DNA of 64,000 nucleotides from a phage: sequence record PZ402305.1. One strand, written 5' to 3'. The translations under genes were made by a program, and so were the position numbers. The notes beneath the pieces are model-generated. The model did no database searches. It was not told the origin of the DNA and was given only the letters and a program-made list of their open reading frames with translations. Each line of letters starts with the position of its first letter. Within the stretch, counting starts at the first letter, position 1. Of this stretch, positions 26,483-35,917 are shown piece by piece.

Positions 26483-26716
26483 ATGATCGAACAAATTAAA
26501 AGCACTAAACCAAATGTTAACGGTAATGTTTCTCACTTTATCGGGGATAATGAAAGAGGTACACCGTACGCCGCCGTAACCGTTCAACCGAACGGGGATT
26601 ATTGGTTTACCGTGTACGGATCTTACTCTTTTGGACGTTCGGCACATGATAAGATCTTGCAAGTGGTTAAGCCTACTGGGAAGAATATCACAGCAGAAAA
26701 ATTTTATAAAAAATAA
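26483..26716 (+). CDS. small hypothetical protein (77 aa)
   Basis: Track ORF. Confidence 0.6.
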   Translation: MIEQIKSTKPNVNGNVSHFIGDNERGTPYAAVTVQPNGDYWFTVYGSYSFGRSAHDKILQVVKPTGKNITAEKFYKK

Positions 26717-26717
26717 C

Positions 26718-26775
26718 TTGCTTTATAGCTCCTGTTAACTTATAGTTATTGCGTAGGGCGAGCAATACAGCAAGC
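26718..26775 (+). promoter_or_regulatory. Early-type promoter + 5' hairpin module
   Basis: TTGCTT ... TATAGT; GCGTAGGGCGAGCAATACAGCAAGCCC. Confidence 0.5.
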
Positions 26776-26794
26776 CCACAAAGAGGAAAAGAAG

Positions 26795-27163
26795 ATGAGC
26801 AAATCAGCAATTAAAGCACTTGAAAAAGCACAAGAAGTGATCGCAACGTCAACCACTGGCGCAAAGGTTAATCTCGTTGGTTATCTGACAGATGAAACTA
26901 TCCGTAAAAATTGGCGTAATGCTGATTTACTGGCTTGCTTATTGATTAATAGTGTCGCTAATGCTTTCCAGTGTGAAACAGCCGAGAGCCTGGAGGAAAA
27001 CTTGTTTGATAATATGGATCAAGCCATTGAAACCTATATACAATCAAACATGGATAGCTGGAACAGTAAAACATGGCCCGACAATTTACGCGATACAACT
27101 GATCAACTGATCCGCCTTGCCTTGATGGTTGAACGCGATAACGTTCACAACCGCACAAAGTAA
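26795..27163 (+). CDS. small hypothetical protein (122 aa), last gene of array
   Basis: Track ORF followed by terminator. Confidence 0.6.
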   Translation: MSKSAIKALEKAQEVIATSTTGAKVNLVGYLTDETIRKNWRNADLLACLLINSVANAFQCETAESLEENLFDNMDQAIETYIQSNMDSWNSKTWPDNLRDTTDQLIRLALMVERDNVHNRTK

Positions 27164-27171
27164 GATTATAC

Positions 27172-27200
27172 AAGGGGCGCACCAAGCGCCCTTTCTTTTT
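27172..27200 (+). terminator. Rho-independent terminator ending the small-gene array
   Basis: GGGGCGCACCAAGCGCCCTTTCTTTTTG; same hairpin as at 22086. Confidence 0.6.
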
Positions 27201-28273
27201 GCCCGAATAATGTTGATAGATTCCGCCTATGGAAAACCGACACAGAACAAAACTGAATAAATAGCGGTATCGAGCTAATCAACCATTAAACGAATAACCA
27301 TACCTCCCAGGGTAACAGGCTGTTAGAGAGCCATTTAGAGCGGTTAAAATCGATCAACAACCAACAAAAAACCATCAAAAACACCCTTTTACCTCCTTTC
27401 TAGTGCAATGATAACCATTATCATCTATCCATGTTTATCTATGCAATATAAGTGCATAACTATAATGTTGATAATAGTTCGCAACAACTAACTAACCAAC
27501 AACCTAAAACAATAAGCAAACTAATCATAATCAAAGGAATAATAGCAAGATGATTGATAACGACAAACAATCAAACCATGATGAATACTAAGCAAGATAA
27601 CGATAACACGACAAAACAACCAACTAACGAACAATAACAAACGAAACCATTAAAATAATAACTATTAGCAAAATAGTGCCTGAATGAAATCATTACAAAA
27701 CGAATCATTCACAGGATCATCATTAGCACGCTATGCCGGACACATAGCGAGCTAATAATAAGCCAACTACACCCCAACAATCATAACCATCGGTGATGGT
27801 TATTTCTTGTTACTGCGTAGCTTGCAATAATTGCAAGCGTAATACGCTTACACTTATTGCGCTGGCTTATTATTAGCATTATATGTAATTACCAAGATCA
27901 TAACATTAGCGCAATAACAATAATCATTGTGGTAATTACAAGATGAAATAATCGCTATCGCTCAAAGATCATTAGCAAGATGAATAATTGCACGTAGCAA
28001 CATGAGCGAATAGCGACAGGTTGCATAGTGTGCACATAGATGTACACGTAGTGTATAAACATACAGGAAAATAAAGGCTAATCTTTTGGGGGCGAATACT
28101 ATCGCGTAGCGATATGTTGAGCACTAAGAGAAGAGATAAACCTTAATCATGGGGGCGTAAATATCCGCAGGATTGCCAACGGCGATCCGGTAGGATGTTG
28201 AGCATCTTCTCTTAAACGTAAATAAAATCAGAAAATTCTTGATTTATTTTAGTTTTTATGTTAATAAACGTTT

Positions 28274-28301
28274 AAATAATAATCATTCTCATATGAATAA
28301 T
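28274..28301. promoter_or_regulatory. Fur-box-like palindrome 3
   Basis: AATAATAATCATTCTCATATGAATAAT shares ATAATCATTCTCAT core with 16084 site. Confidence 0.4.
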
Positions 28302-28450
28302 AGTCTGCTTGTCATGAGCGGGATCAGTTGACAATGTTCCGTCATATGATGAAGTTGCCAAACCATTGATAAATAAGTGTTTGTGTGATTTATAATCAAG
28401 TGGCCCACCTTGTCGCTATGTTGGCATGAGCCTTGCATAAGTCATTGAAT

Positions 28451-28480
28451 ACGAATGATAATTATTCTCATTCGCATGAT
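28451..28480. promoter_or_regulatory. Fur-box-like palindrome 4
   Basis: ACGAATGATAATTATTCTCATTCGCATGAT, near-perfect inverted repeat. Confidence 0.4.
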
Positions 28481-28813
28481 ATTTGAGAATTGTCGCTGCG
28501 TGGACCTGACGGCCCGAAAATTCGCGTTAAGCACTTCTTACGTATGCGCCATGATTTTTGCCATATGATATTGATTCTATTAGATATTCTTGCCATGATT
28601 GCCATGAAACAGGGTGTCCCGAAATAATCTCTCCCCGTAGATATTTTGGGTTACTTTTTATACAAGAGTGGGGTGTCAAAAATAATCGGTATATATGGGA
28701 TAATTGATAGGAATCCCCTATGATAATTCGATTGTAATTCCCTGAGATTGATCGTATGATGTTGGTGATTGATGATTGCCATGAAAGATGGCTAACAATG
28801 AGAGGAGATTATC

Positions 28814-29158
28814 ATGCAAGAGAGTAAAAATGTTCCGTTGAGTAGTTTACGTCTAATGAAGTTTTACAAAGCTTGGCTTGCTGGTGAGGTAGAAGGTCAC
28901 ACAACGAGTGGTTTGTGCATATGTTTGATTAAGTATGTAGAGGGAACATATCCTGATGAACTGTTACCTCGTCTACAACAGGAGATGAAATCACAGTTTA
29001 TTGGTGCAGGACTGGATTACAATTTCCCGTTTAATGAAGGTGGTTATGAGGAATACACCTTCGAACATAAAAAACATATTTGCCATAAAAACAAACATCG
29101 TATACAATGGGTGCTAGATAGAATTCAAGATTACGAAGGAGAGAAAAATGACAAATAG
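28814..29158 (+). CDS. Paralog family member 1 (FYxxWL / GLC / PFN / WVKDR family)
   Basis: FYKAWLAG, TSGLCICL, GLDYNFPFNE, RIQWVLDRI; GAGGAG RBS. Confidence 0.65.
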   Translation: MQESKNVPLSSLRLMKFYKAWLAGEVEGHTTSGLCICLIKYVEGTYPDELLPRLQQEMKSQFIGAGLDYNFPFNEGGYEEYTFEHKKHICHKNKHRIQWVLDRIQDYEGEKNDK

Positions 29159-29516
29159 TATTCCGTTGAGCAGTGCAACATTGCTTCGCTTCTATAAAGC
29201 ATGGATTGCCAACTATCCTGCAATGAATCGCACAACGAGTGGCTTATGTGGTTGTCTGGTAGATTATGTAAATGATTTTGTTGGTGAGACAACCAGAGAA
29301 GAAGATAGAAGATGGCGGGATAGTTTGTTGGACCGTTTGAAATATGAAATGAGGAAACAATTTACATGTGCAGGGCTGGACTACAATCTTCCGTTCAATA
29401 CAGATTGCATGGATTACCTTTCAGAGTGTATAAACTTGGCGTGTCATACCAACACGTTACGTCTTCAATGGGTGAAAGACAGAATTGAAGATGCAAATAA
29501 TGCTTGCATTGAATAA
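29148..29516 (+). CDS. Paralog family member 2
   Basis: FYKAWIAN, TSGLCGCL, GLDYNLPFN, RLQWVKDRI. Confidence 0.65.
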   Translation: MTNSIPLSSATLLRFYKAWIANYPAMNRTTSGLCGCLVDYVNDFVGETTREEDRRWRDSLLDRLKYEMRKQFTCAGLDYNLPFNTDCMDYLSECINLACHTNTLRLQWVKDRIEDANNACIE

Positions 29517-29566
29517 AGATGTTTGTATAATGGATGACATAACAGATAGCCAATGAGGAGATTGAA

Positions 29567-29776
29567 ATGTCAAATATGAAAACTGTATCCTTGTATTTAG
29601 CTAACACGGATCGTGTGCACACCCTTGCTAATGCAAGTCGTGTACTCGTGCAGTTCCGAAACTTTGCACCGTCCGTTGTGACAGGCAGTGAAACGTGTGT
29701 TATCGATTTCATTAACGAATACTTCCGAGGGAATCCGGTTGGTCGTTATTTCATTAAGGGTCTGAAGGATGCATAA
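29567..29776 (+). CDS. hypothetical protein (69 aa)
   Basis: Track ORF. Confidence 0.6.
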   Translation: MSNMKTVSLYLANTDRVHTLANASRVLVQFRNFAPSVVTGSETCVIDFINEYFRGNPVGRYFIKGLKDA

Positions 29777-29777
29777 T

Positions 29778-29999
29778 ATGAAACGCATGAAAATTCGTAT
29801 TGAGAATGATGGTGGTTATAAAGGATTGGCACATGCAAAATTTCCACTTGTGCTGGAAGCTACGGTGGAATACAGTGGGCTTGCTCATGTGCGATTCTCG
29901 AAGATGATGGAAGTGCAGGAATGGTTTTGGGACGAGATAGATGCACGAGAAGGGGAAGATTATGTTTTCTTTCCTCACGAATATGAAATTGTTTATTAA
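29778..29999 (+). CDS. hypothetical protein (73 aa), paralog of 33374..33595
   Basis: Shares MKIR / EWF / EG.DYVFF motifs with 33374..33595. Confidence 0.55.
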   Translation: MKRMKIRIENDGGYKGLAHAKFPLVLEATVEYSGLAHVRFSKMMEVQEWFWDEIDAREGEDYVFFPHEYEIVY

Positions 30000-30011
30000 A
30001 GGTTGTGTGCA

Positions 30012-30251
30012 ATGATCACACCACAACAGAATGAAGCAGCAATGGATCTTCTTGACAGTTTGTATTTCGATAATTGGTACTCTGAATGTGAATGGATGAA
30101 TATGCAAACTCTGAAAGAGAAGACAAAAGCGTTGATTACAGTAGATCAATTTCTTACAGAGACGGAAAGAATGAATTATGATATGGCATCTCGCGCACGA
30201 CGCGTTTCCATTTTCAATAAAATGTTAGCATTATGGGGAGGTAGAAAATGA
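30012..30251 (+). CDS. hypothetical protein (79 aa)
   Basis: Start set to first ATG. Confidence 0.55.
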   Translation: MITPQQNEAAMDLLDSLYFDNWYSECEWMNMQTLKEKTKALITVDQFLTETERMNYDMASRARRVSIFNKMLALWGGRK

Positions 30252-30709
30252 GACAACCATCTATACTGGAAGCGCATGTGCAATGTGTTGTAGATTATGT
30301 CAAAGAACACTCAAGTTTGTTGAATGTAACCTGTGCAGTGCAAAACGATGTAGGTATTGTCTGTGTGCAACATATCTTATCTGAAACTCGTTATGAAGTA
30401 TTTCGTGCCACGTTGTTTGGATGTGATCGAGTGCATGTAAACTTCCTGGACTCCAATTATCGTTATGCTTTAGAAAATATTGATGATTATCTTCCTTGCT
30501 CTCCGACAGGATATGTAATGGTAACAGCAAACGAAGTAACACCGAGCAACAGTGAACAGGAAGCTTTGTTACGGAAGAAAATACGCCAACTGCAAGTGTT
30601 GAATGAACTGAAAGAAGAGATTGAAAAAGAACTAAAAGAAGATTTTGGTATGCTTCCAAAAGACGCTTTGAAATGGTATGATGAGTTAGGAGGAGAGAAC
30701 AATGTTTAA
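30248..30709 (+). CDS. hypothetical protein (153 aa)
   Basis: Track ORF, ATGA overlap. Confidence 0.6.
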   Translation: MRQPSILEAHVQCVVDYVKEHSSLLNVTCAVQNDVGIVCVQHILSETRYEVFRATLFGCDRVHVNFLDSNYRYALENIDDYLPCSPTGYVMVTANEVTPSNSEQEALLRKKIRQLQVLNELKEEIEKELKEDFGMLPKDALKWYDELGGENNV

Positions 30710-31160
30710 AGAAGGTCATGTCTACCGTTTCCAGGATGAGGATTATATGCGATTATATTCTACCTTTGATAACAGTATTGCTGCTATCATTGGAGAGAAT
30801 TTTTTCGAGGTGTTGAGCACTGATGCAAATGGTAATATCTTGTCAATGGTTGTGATAGGTATGAGAGATGGTATTATCACTGCTAGTGATGGGGATCGTT
30901 ACATAATCAATTCTGCTCATATAGATTATTTTGTTGACGGTGGTATTCGTGGTGGTCGTGGAAAACCACAAGAAGAACCTGTTGATACAACAAAAGAAGA
31001 GTGGTATGTTGTAATGACTGATGACACCTGTATTTCTGGATTTGAAAGTTATGAAGAAGCTTTGAAAGAGGCAGCAGAGCATAAAATGTCTAATCCTACA
31101 GAAGAGGTTGAAGTTTATAAACGTTTGGTTGTTGCTACCATCGGCGTATCTTTTGTTTAA
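30702..31160 (+). CDS. hypothetical protein (152 aa)
   Basis: Track ORF. Confidence 0.6.
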   Translation: MFKEGHVYRFQDEDYMRLYSTFDNSIAAIIGENFFEVLSTDANGNILSMVVIGMRDGIITASDGDRYIINSAHIDYFVDGGIRGGRGKPQEEPVDTTKEEWYVVMTDDTCISGFESYEEALKEAAEHKMSNPTEEVEVYKRLVVATIGVSFV

Positions 31161-31173
31161 AAAGGGGAATGTT

Positions 31174-31611
31174 ATGTTTAAAGTTAATGCTGTTTATTGT
31201 TTCAAAAGTAAAGCTGCCTGTGAAGCTTTCTCTATGATCTCTGATGAAAATTTCAAAATGGCAGCTTTGATTGAAGGGTCTTGTTTCCGCGTCGAGGATG
31301 TTAGTGAATCAGGGTCTGTTTGCTCATTGACTTTATTGGACAGCGGGGATATTATTGAAGCTGGACAGTATCCGTTCAGGAGTTGGGAGATATTGTTAGC
31401 TCGCGGAGAGCGTAACTTTTTTATGTGCGTGTCTGCGGGGGAAGTTGTGAAAGAAACTAAGGATGTTTCTGTTTACAATTCTGAATTTATAAGTTATAGT
31501 GAGTATCAACATCTGGAAGGCATTGTTGGTCACTTGTTATCTCTGATTGACATTGAATGTGACCTGCCTGAATCATTGAAAGAAGAGTTGAAAGCATTAG
31601 ATCTGCTGTAA
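31174..31611 (+). CDS. hypothetical protein (145 aa)
   Basis: Start moved to ATG after AAGGGGAA. Confidence 0.6.
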   Translation: MFKVNAVYCFKSKAACEAFSMISDENFKMAALIEGSCFRVEDVSESGSVCSLTLLDSGDIIEAGQYPFRSWEILLARGERNFFMCVSAGEVVKETKDVSVYNSEFISYSEYQHLEGIVGHLLSLIDIECDLPESLKEELKALDLL

Positions 31612-31638
31612 TGTTTCGCACAACGAAAGGAGAATAAG

Positions 31639-31938
31639 ATGAATCTGACCGAACAGTTACGCCGTATTGCAAAAGAAGCTTCCTTCAACTTCCCTGTTGA
31701 AGAAGTGATCGAGACATGTTTTGCTGAAGCACGAGCGGGAAACTCTTCAAGAAATTTCACGCCATCTGATTTTGGTCTGAATAATTCTCCCACCCACCCA
31801 GAGCAGATCTACAATCAGGTGAAGTGGATGGATGAAGCAGTAGCAATTCTTCGTGAGCGTGGGCTTATTGTTTATAAAGAAATGGATCTGAACGGGGCAT
31901 ACGAGTGGATCACTATTGATTGGTCCGAGGTGAAATGA
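31639..31938 (+). CDS. hypothetical protein (99 aa)
   Basis: Track ORF. Confidence 0.6.
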   Translation: MNLTEQLRRIAKEASFNFPVEEVIETCFAEARAGNSSRNFTPSDFGLNNSPTHPEQIYNQVKWMDEAVAILRERGLIVYKEMDLNGAYEWITIDWSEVK

Positions 31939-32171
31939 TGAAAGGTAACAAGATGAAAGTTAATCAAGTGCCGAGCGCATACACTTTGTGGCTTGCGCGA
32001 GCGTTACACCAGACGATCAAAGACCCTAAGAAGCCAATGAAGAGTGGGAAGAAGTTTATGTCTAAGGGCAAAACAACCTTTGGCTTCACTCGTATGTCTA
32101 TCAAGATGAAAAGGCTGGGGTACAAGCCAAACTACGCTCGTTACCCTTCTGAATACAACTGGTTTGACTAA
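31935..32171 (+). CDS. hypothetical basic protein (78 aa)
   Basis: ATGA overlap; GAGGTGA upstream; Lys-rich. Confidence 0.55.
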   Translation: MMKGNKMKVNQVPSAYTLWLARALHQTIKDPKKPMKSGKKFMSKGKTTFGFTRMSIKMKRLGYKPNYARYPSEYNWFD

Positions 32172-32186
32172 AGAGGAGAACAAAAC

Positions 32187-32471
32187 ATGAAAACATCTAT
32201 TCGCGTAAAACATGATCCAAACAGCAGTTACCCATACGCGGATGTTGAACGTCACGAAGGAGACTATTACACCATAAAACGTAAAGTCCCAACTGATACA
32301 GGGTTTAACTTTGATGTTATTGCGCTGGATGATCAAGGTGTTGATAATCTGGTGAATGCATTACTCGCATTGAAGGAAGTACGATATGAAAATCAGACTA
32401 AAGGTAAAGTGGCTTTCGATTCTTGTGATCGTTTAGCCGAAGAGATTGCCGAATGGCGCGACACTCACTAA
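32187..32471 (+). CDS. hypothetical protein (94 aa)
   Basis: Track ORF. Confidence 0.6.
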   Translation: MKTSIRVKHDPNSSYPYADVERHEGDYYTIKRKVPTDTGFNFDVIALDDQGVDNLVNALLALKEVRYENQTKGKVAFDSCDRLAEEIAEWRDTH

Positions 32472-32486
32472 AACAGGAGAAAGACT

Positions 32487-32663
32487 ATGGCTACTTTTCA
32501 ACAATTGAAAGATGTTTCACGTTTAGTAAGAAAAATCCGAGAAGCAGACGCTGCTGTGCGGAATGCACTAACGCCAGCAGAGCGTGAAGATCTTGAAGAG
32601 GAGGTGAAAACAGCCGAGAATGCTTTTGCTGTGTATCTTTCAACCCTGTACACAGGAGGTTAA
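32487..32663 (+). CDS. small hypothetical protein (58 aa)
   Basis: Not in track; ACAGGAGA upstream; stop abuts next ATG. Confidence 0.45.
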   Translation: MATFQQLKDVSRLVRKIREADAAVRNALTPAEREDLEEEVKTAENAFAVYLSTLYTGG

Positions 32664-32978
32664 ATGTCAGAAGAACTTAAAGAATTTTATCAAGCATATC
32701 ATAACTGGCTGTTAGCTGGTGCTCCAGATAATAATCCTTTCTGGCATGATAAAGGATTATGTAGTTGCCTCTACCTTTGGACTGGAGGTTATGATGATCT
32801 AAATTATGAAATGCAAATGCAATTCCGTGAGGCAGGATTGTCTGAAGAATACCCGTTTGATGACGGAGACTGGTTTAAATATGATTTTGCACAAAGAAAC
32901 GGGCTATTGCATTTGAATGCTGCCCGTATAAAATGGGTAAAAGACCATGCTACACAGGAGGATGTGCAATGCCAATAG
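32664..32978 (+). CDS. Paralog family member 3
   Basis: FYQAYHNWLLAGAP, KGLCSCL, AGLSEEYPFD, RIKWVKDH. Confidence 0.65.
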   Translation: MSEELKEFYQAYHNWLLAGAPDNNPFWHDKGLCSCLYLWTGGYDDLNYEMQMQFREAGLSEEYPFDDGDWFKYDFAQRNGLLHLNAARIKWVKDHATQEDVQCQ

Positions 32979-33169
32979 TGTTTAGTTTCTTAGTAATTGT
33001 TATGGTTGTTCTTTTCGCGGCATGGCTTTGGGATTTTGACCCAGGAGCAGCGCAGCAAAGAGCTACAGACTGGAAAGAACAATGTATTGTGCTCAAACAT
33101 GAACGAAATGCGGAGAAATTTCTTGACCTGGAGTGTGATCGCCTTGTAAGATACAAGCAAGATAAATAA
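32969..33169 (+). CDS. small membrane protein (66 aa)
   Basis: Start moved to ATG after AGGAGG; N-terminal hydrophobic helix. Confidence 0.55.
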   Translation: MPIVFSFLVIVMVVLFAAWLWDFDPGAAQQRATDWKEQCIVLKHERNAEKFLDLECDRLVRYKQDK

Positions 33170-33183
33170 CCTTGAGGTGCAAA

Positions 33184-33372
33184 ATGGTAATTGAGATTAA
33201 ACTTGAATATGCTGGGGCTGTTGCTCTGATCGCACAAACGCTTGGAGCAAAGATTGAAGAAGTGTATATCAATGCCTGGAGCGTAGAGATTGATGTTCCT
33301 ATGGACAACATTGCTAATCGCTTGCTGGTGGCAGAGTGTGAACGCACCAACATAATCTACAAAGGAGCATAA
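33184..33372 (+). CDS. hypothetical protein (62 aa)
   Basis: GAGGTG then ATG. Confidence 0.55.
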   Translation: MVIEIKLEYAGAVALIAQTLGAKIEEVYINAWSVEIDVPMDNIANRLLVAECERTNIIYKGA

Positions 33373-33373
33373 T

Positions 33374-33595
33374 ATGAAAATTAGAGTTTGTGATGTATTG
33401 GGTTATGTTGGTTTTGAGAATGTTCAGATTCCTTTTGTTGTTGAAGCACATCTTGTTAGCGATGACATGACAACATTCTTTGTTACGATAGAAGAAATGT
33501 CCAAAGTTGAGGGATGGGAGTGGTTTGAAGAAGATGTTTGGGAAGGTTGTGATTACGTATTTTTCTCTGATGAAGTGAATATTCTTGCGGAGTAG
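33374..33595 (+). CDS. hypothetical protein (73 aa), paralog of 29778..29999
   Basis: Shared motifs with 29778..29999. Confidence 0.55.
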   Translation: MKIRVCDVLGYVGFENVQIPFVVEAHLVSDDMTTFFVTIEEMSKVEGWEWFEEDVWEGCDYVFFSDEVNILAE

Positions 33596-33597
33596 GT

Positions 33598-33804
33598 ATG
33601 TCTTGTTTTACAAAAGCAGTGTCCATATGTAAGAAACAGTATGAAAGCGATTACGGAATATTTAATATTCCAGCAGATCATACGGAGTATTGTTCATGTG
33701 GTGGCAGAATGAAGAAAACAGTGATTTATGCGGATAGTGGAGACGAACTTGTTCCGGTTATGGTTTGCAAAGCTTGTCATTCTGTTAAAACATTAAAAGC
33801 GTAA
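33598..33804 (+). CDS. zinc-ribbon protein (68 aa)
   Basis: CSCGGRMKK ... CKACH. Confidence 0.55.
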   Translation: MSCFTKAVSICKKQYESDYGIFNIPADHTEYCSCGGRMKKTVIYADSGDELVPVMVCKACHSVKTLKA

Positions 33805-33885
33805 GGAGTCGGGACACCCGACGATTGGAGCTAAAAATTTTGCGTACAACCCTTTCCGCCCAACAGGGGCGCGTCGGGTAAATAA
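33805..33885 (+). terminator. Tandem GC hairpins after operon
   Basis: GAGTCGGGACACCCGAC and GCCCAACAGGGGCGCGTCGGG; approximate. Confidence 0.4.
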
Positions 33886-33899
33886 AGAGGAGAGTTTAT

Positions 33900-34298
33900 A
33901 TGAAAAAGATCATCGTAGGTTTATTGTTACTCATTGCATCACTTGGAACAGCAAATGCGTCTCAAGTTTATGAGTGTGTGTCAGATGTGGTTGTTAAAAA
34001 TCTGAAAGGTGAAGTTATTTCTGGTCCTAAGAAAATGGCTTCTGTTGTCATTAATAAAGATAACTCCTTTATCCTTAAAAATTCAGGTGGTGCTTTGATG
34101 AGTGGCATTCTGCAACACACGGGAGAAAAAAGTAAAGATGGTAGTGCTATGTACGGTTCACAACAGTTTATTGGCACTACTGAAGTTGTGATGATGCGCA
34201 CAGAGTATCGAGACACTTTGGCTTGGTTTGCATTTCTAAAAAATGATAAAACAATAACGAATGTTCTTACTCTAGAAGCTGATTGTACGCAACGGTAA
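33900..34298 (+). CDS. secreted protein with signal peptide (132 aa)
   Basis: MKKIIVGLLLLIASLGTANASQ. Confidence 0.6.
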   Translation: MKKIIVGLLLLIASLGTANASQVYECVSDVVVKNLKGEVISGPKKMASVVINKDNSFILKNSGGALMSGILQHTGEKSKDGSAMYGSQQFIGTTEVVMMRTEYRDTLAWFAFLKNDKTITNVLTLEADCTQR

Positions 34299-34308
34299 GG
34301 GGGATATT

Positions 34309-34557
34309 ATGCTGAATGTTTTTACTGCTGATCGTGTAGGAACACCGATTACCGAAGAAGAACGTGCAGAGATTACAAAAGAGTTGGAAGATCTTTACCG
34401 TGTTTTCTCTGATGAAGAAAGCATTAAAAAAGATGCTGAAAAGATGACAGATCTGTTGGGTTTTACTTGGTCCCCAGAATGGACCGCTGTTGCTCTTAGT
34501 GCAGATATTTGGGGGTATGAAGAAACCCTACGCACTGGGGTAGTGGCAGCTTGGTAA
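34309..34557 (+). CDS. hypothetical protein (82 aa)
   Basis: Track ORF. Confidence 0.6.
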   Translation: MLNVFTADRVGTPITEEERAEITKELEDLYRVFSDEESIKKDAEKMTDLLGFTWSPEWTAVALSADIWGYEETLRTGVVAAW

Positions 34558-34629
34558 TATGATAGAGACTATCATTTTCATTGTTCTGGCTATTATTTTG
34601 GGTTTCTTAATATATGAATAGAGGTATTT

Positions 34630-35085
34630 ATGACTAAAATGAGACATTACGCTGTAAACTGCAACGATGCTTGGCGTTTGTGTCCTGATGATCCGACAGA
34701 AGGCACATTTGTAAGATATGAGGATTATAAAGAGTTATCGGATGCTGTAATCGCATTGTTAACTGATATCCGTTCACGTTATCCAGGACAAGATTTCACT
34801 TGCCCTCACATCAAACTTCTTGCTTGCTTGGTAGAAGGTGAGAAAGAAGTGGAAGATGGCTTCAAGCGTGTAGAGTATCAAGGTGAAACTTTAGATGTTC
34901 CTGAATTTGTTAATTATATTGCAACAGATTCAAGTGGCGAGCGTTATGGTTACACTCATAAACCGGAGATTCCAGATTTCGCTTATGCGTGGCGTATTCC
35001 TTATGAAGTTTTTAATGTTGCAGATTGCTGGTATTTAGGAGAAGGAAACAACCTTAATTGGCGTGATTCCTTGGTTCAGGTTTAA
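34630..35085 (+). CDS. hypothetical protein (151 aa)
   Basis: Track ORF. Confidence 0.6.
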   Translation: MTKMRHYAVNCNDAWRLCPDDPTEGTFVRYEDYKELSDAVIALLTDIRSRYPGQDFTCPHIKLLACLVEGEKEVEDGFKRVEYQGETLDVPEFVNYIATDSSGERYGYTHKPEIPDFAYAWRIPYEVFNVADCWYLGEGNNLNWRDSLVQV

Positions 35086-35089
35086 CAAT

Positions 35090-35353
35090 ATGAAAGAGAC
35101 ATTGCCAGCAGCATACCGTTTGAATGATGAACGTATTTGGGAGTGGACCGACGTTTCTTGTTTTTACCCTGAAATAGTTCAATATTGGCGAGCAAAAGGG
35201 TGTGTTGTAGTTATCAACCCATGTGGACCAGTGGATGAAGATTGCTTGTATCTCGATGGAAAGTGGCACAGTTATTGTCGCTGGCCTTTTGAGTGGATGT
35301 GTAAAGAAGATCTCCCAGAGGGTTGGGAGTATCCAAAAGCAAATAGGAGATAA
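35090..35353 (+). CDS. hypothetical protein (87 aa)
   Basis: Start moved to ATG after upstream stop. Confidence 0.55.
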   Translation: MKETLPAAYRLNDERIWEWTDVSCFYPEIVQYWRAKGCVVVINPCGPVDEDCLYLDGKWHSYCRWPFEWMCKEDLPEGWEYPKANRR

Positions 35354-35354
35354 T

Positions 35355-35717
35355 ATGTCTAAAGATTTTGTTGAAATGTTTGTCAAAGATGAAGAAACTG
35401 GTTTAGGCACAGGTTTCATTTGTGAAGAAACCTTTAAGCGTGAACAAGAAAAAGCTATTCTTATGCGAAACTATGATCACGCATTAGAACAATGGAAAAA
35501 TGCAGAACAAAAATGCAAAAACCTTTATGCAGAAAATAGAAAACTACAAGATCAAATGGAGTTGTTAGCTATCAGTTTACGATCTCTCATTTTGGCTGTA
35601 GAAGATGGTTTTAAAAATCCAGATGGTTTTCCTGTGAGCGATATTGAACATGATTTGTATCTTGCTCGTGGTGCTTACTTCTATGTTAAACAGAAGTCTG
35701 TAGAAGGAGAGAAGTGA
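35355..35717 (+). CDS. hypothetical coiled-coil protein (120 aa)
   Basis: Start moved to ATG after upstream stop; track ORF 35223.. overlaps upstream gene. Confidence 0.55.
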   Translation: MSKDFVEMFVKDEETGLGTGFICEETFKREQEKAILMRNYDHALEQWKNAEQKCKNLYAENRKLQDQMELLAISLRSLILAVEDGFKNPDGFPVSDIEHDLYLARGAYFYVKQKSVEGEK

Positions 35718-35914
35718 TGGAAGAAAAACTGGAACGTATTATCGAGTTAGCTATGTCTATTGGCTACGACGATTGTTTTCTCCAAACTATTGGAGAAACA
35801 GAGAACGATTACGACTCTTGGGTGAAAGAGTTGGAAGAACTTAAAACTTCCTTGATTGCTGACTTTGCTGAAGCAGAGGATAAAGCAGATCGTTACAACT
35901 ATCTGTGTCGATAA
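35714..35914 (+). CDS. hypothetical acidic protein (66 aa)
   Basis: Track ORF. Confidence 0.6.
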   Translation: MMEEKLERIIELAMSIGYDDCFLQTIGETENDYDSWVKELEELKTSLIADFAEAEDKADRYNYLCR

Positions 35915-35917
35915 GCC

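Larger units (their letters stand above)
27200..28813. other. ORF-free, strand-asymmetric repeat-rich region
   Basis: No track ORF of 60 aa or more on either strand; plus strand is A+C-rich and G-poor; short direct repeats. Confidence 0.6.

Noticed and set aside
16737-27200. Possible CRISPR array suggested by recurring GGGCGGCAATGGTGCCGC units
   Set aside because: Units are 200-400 bp apart at irregular spacing, each followed by a protein-coding ORF and preceded by a promoter; repeat sequence varies. Not a CRISPR repeat-spacer structure.
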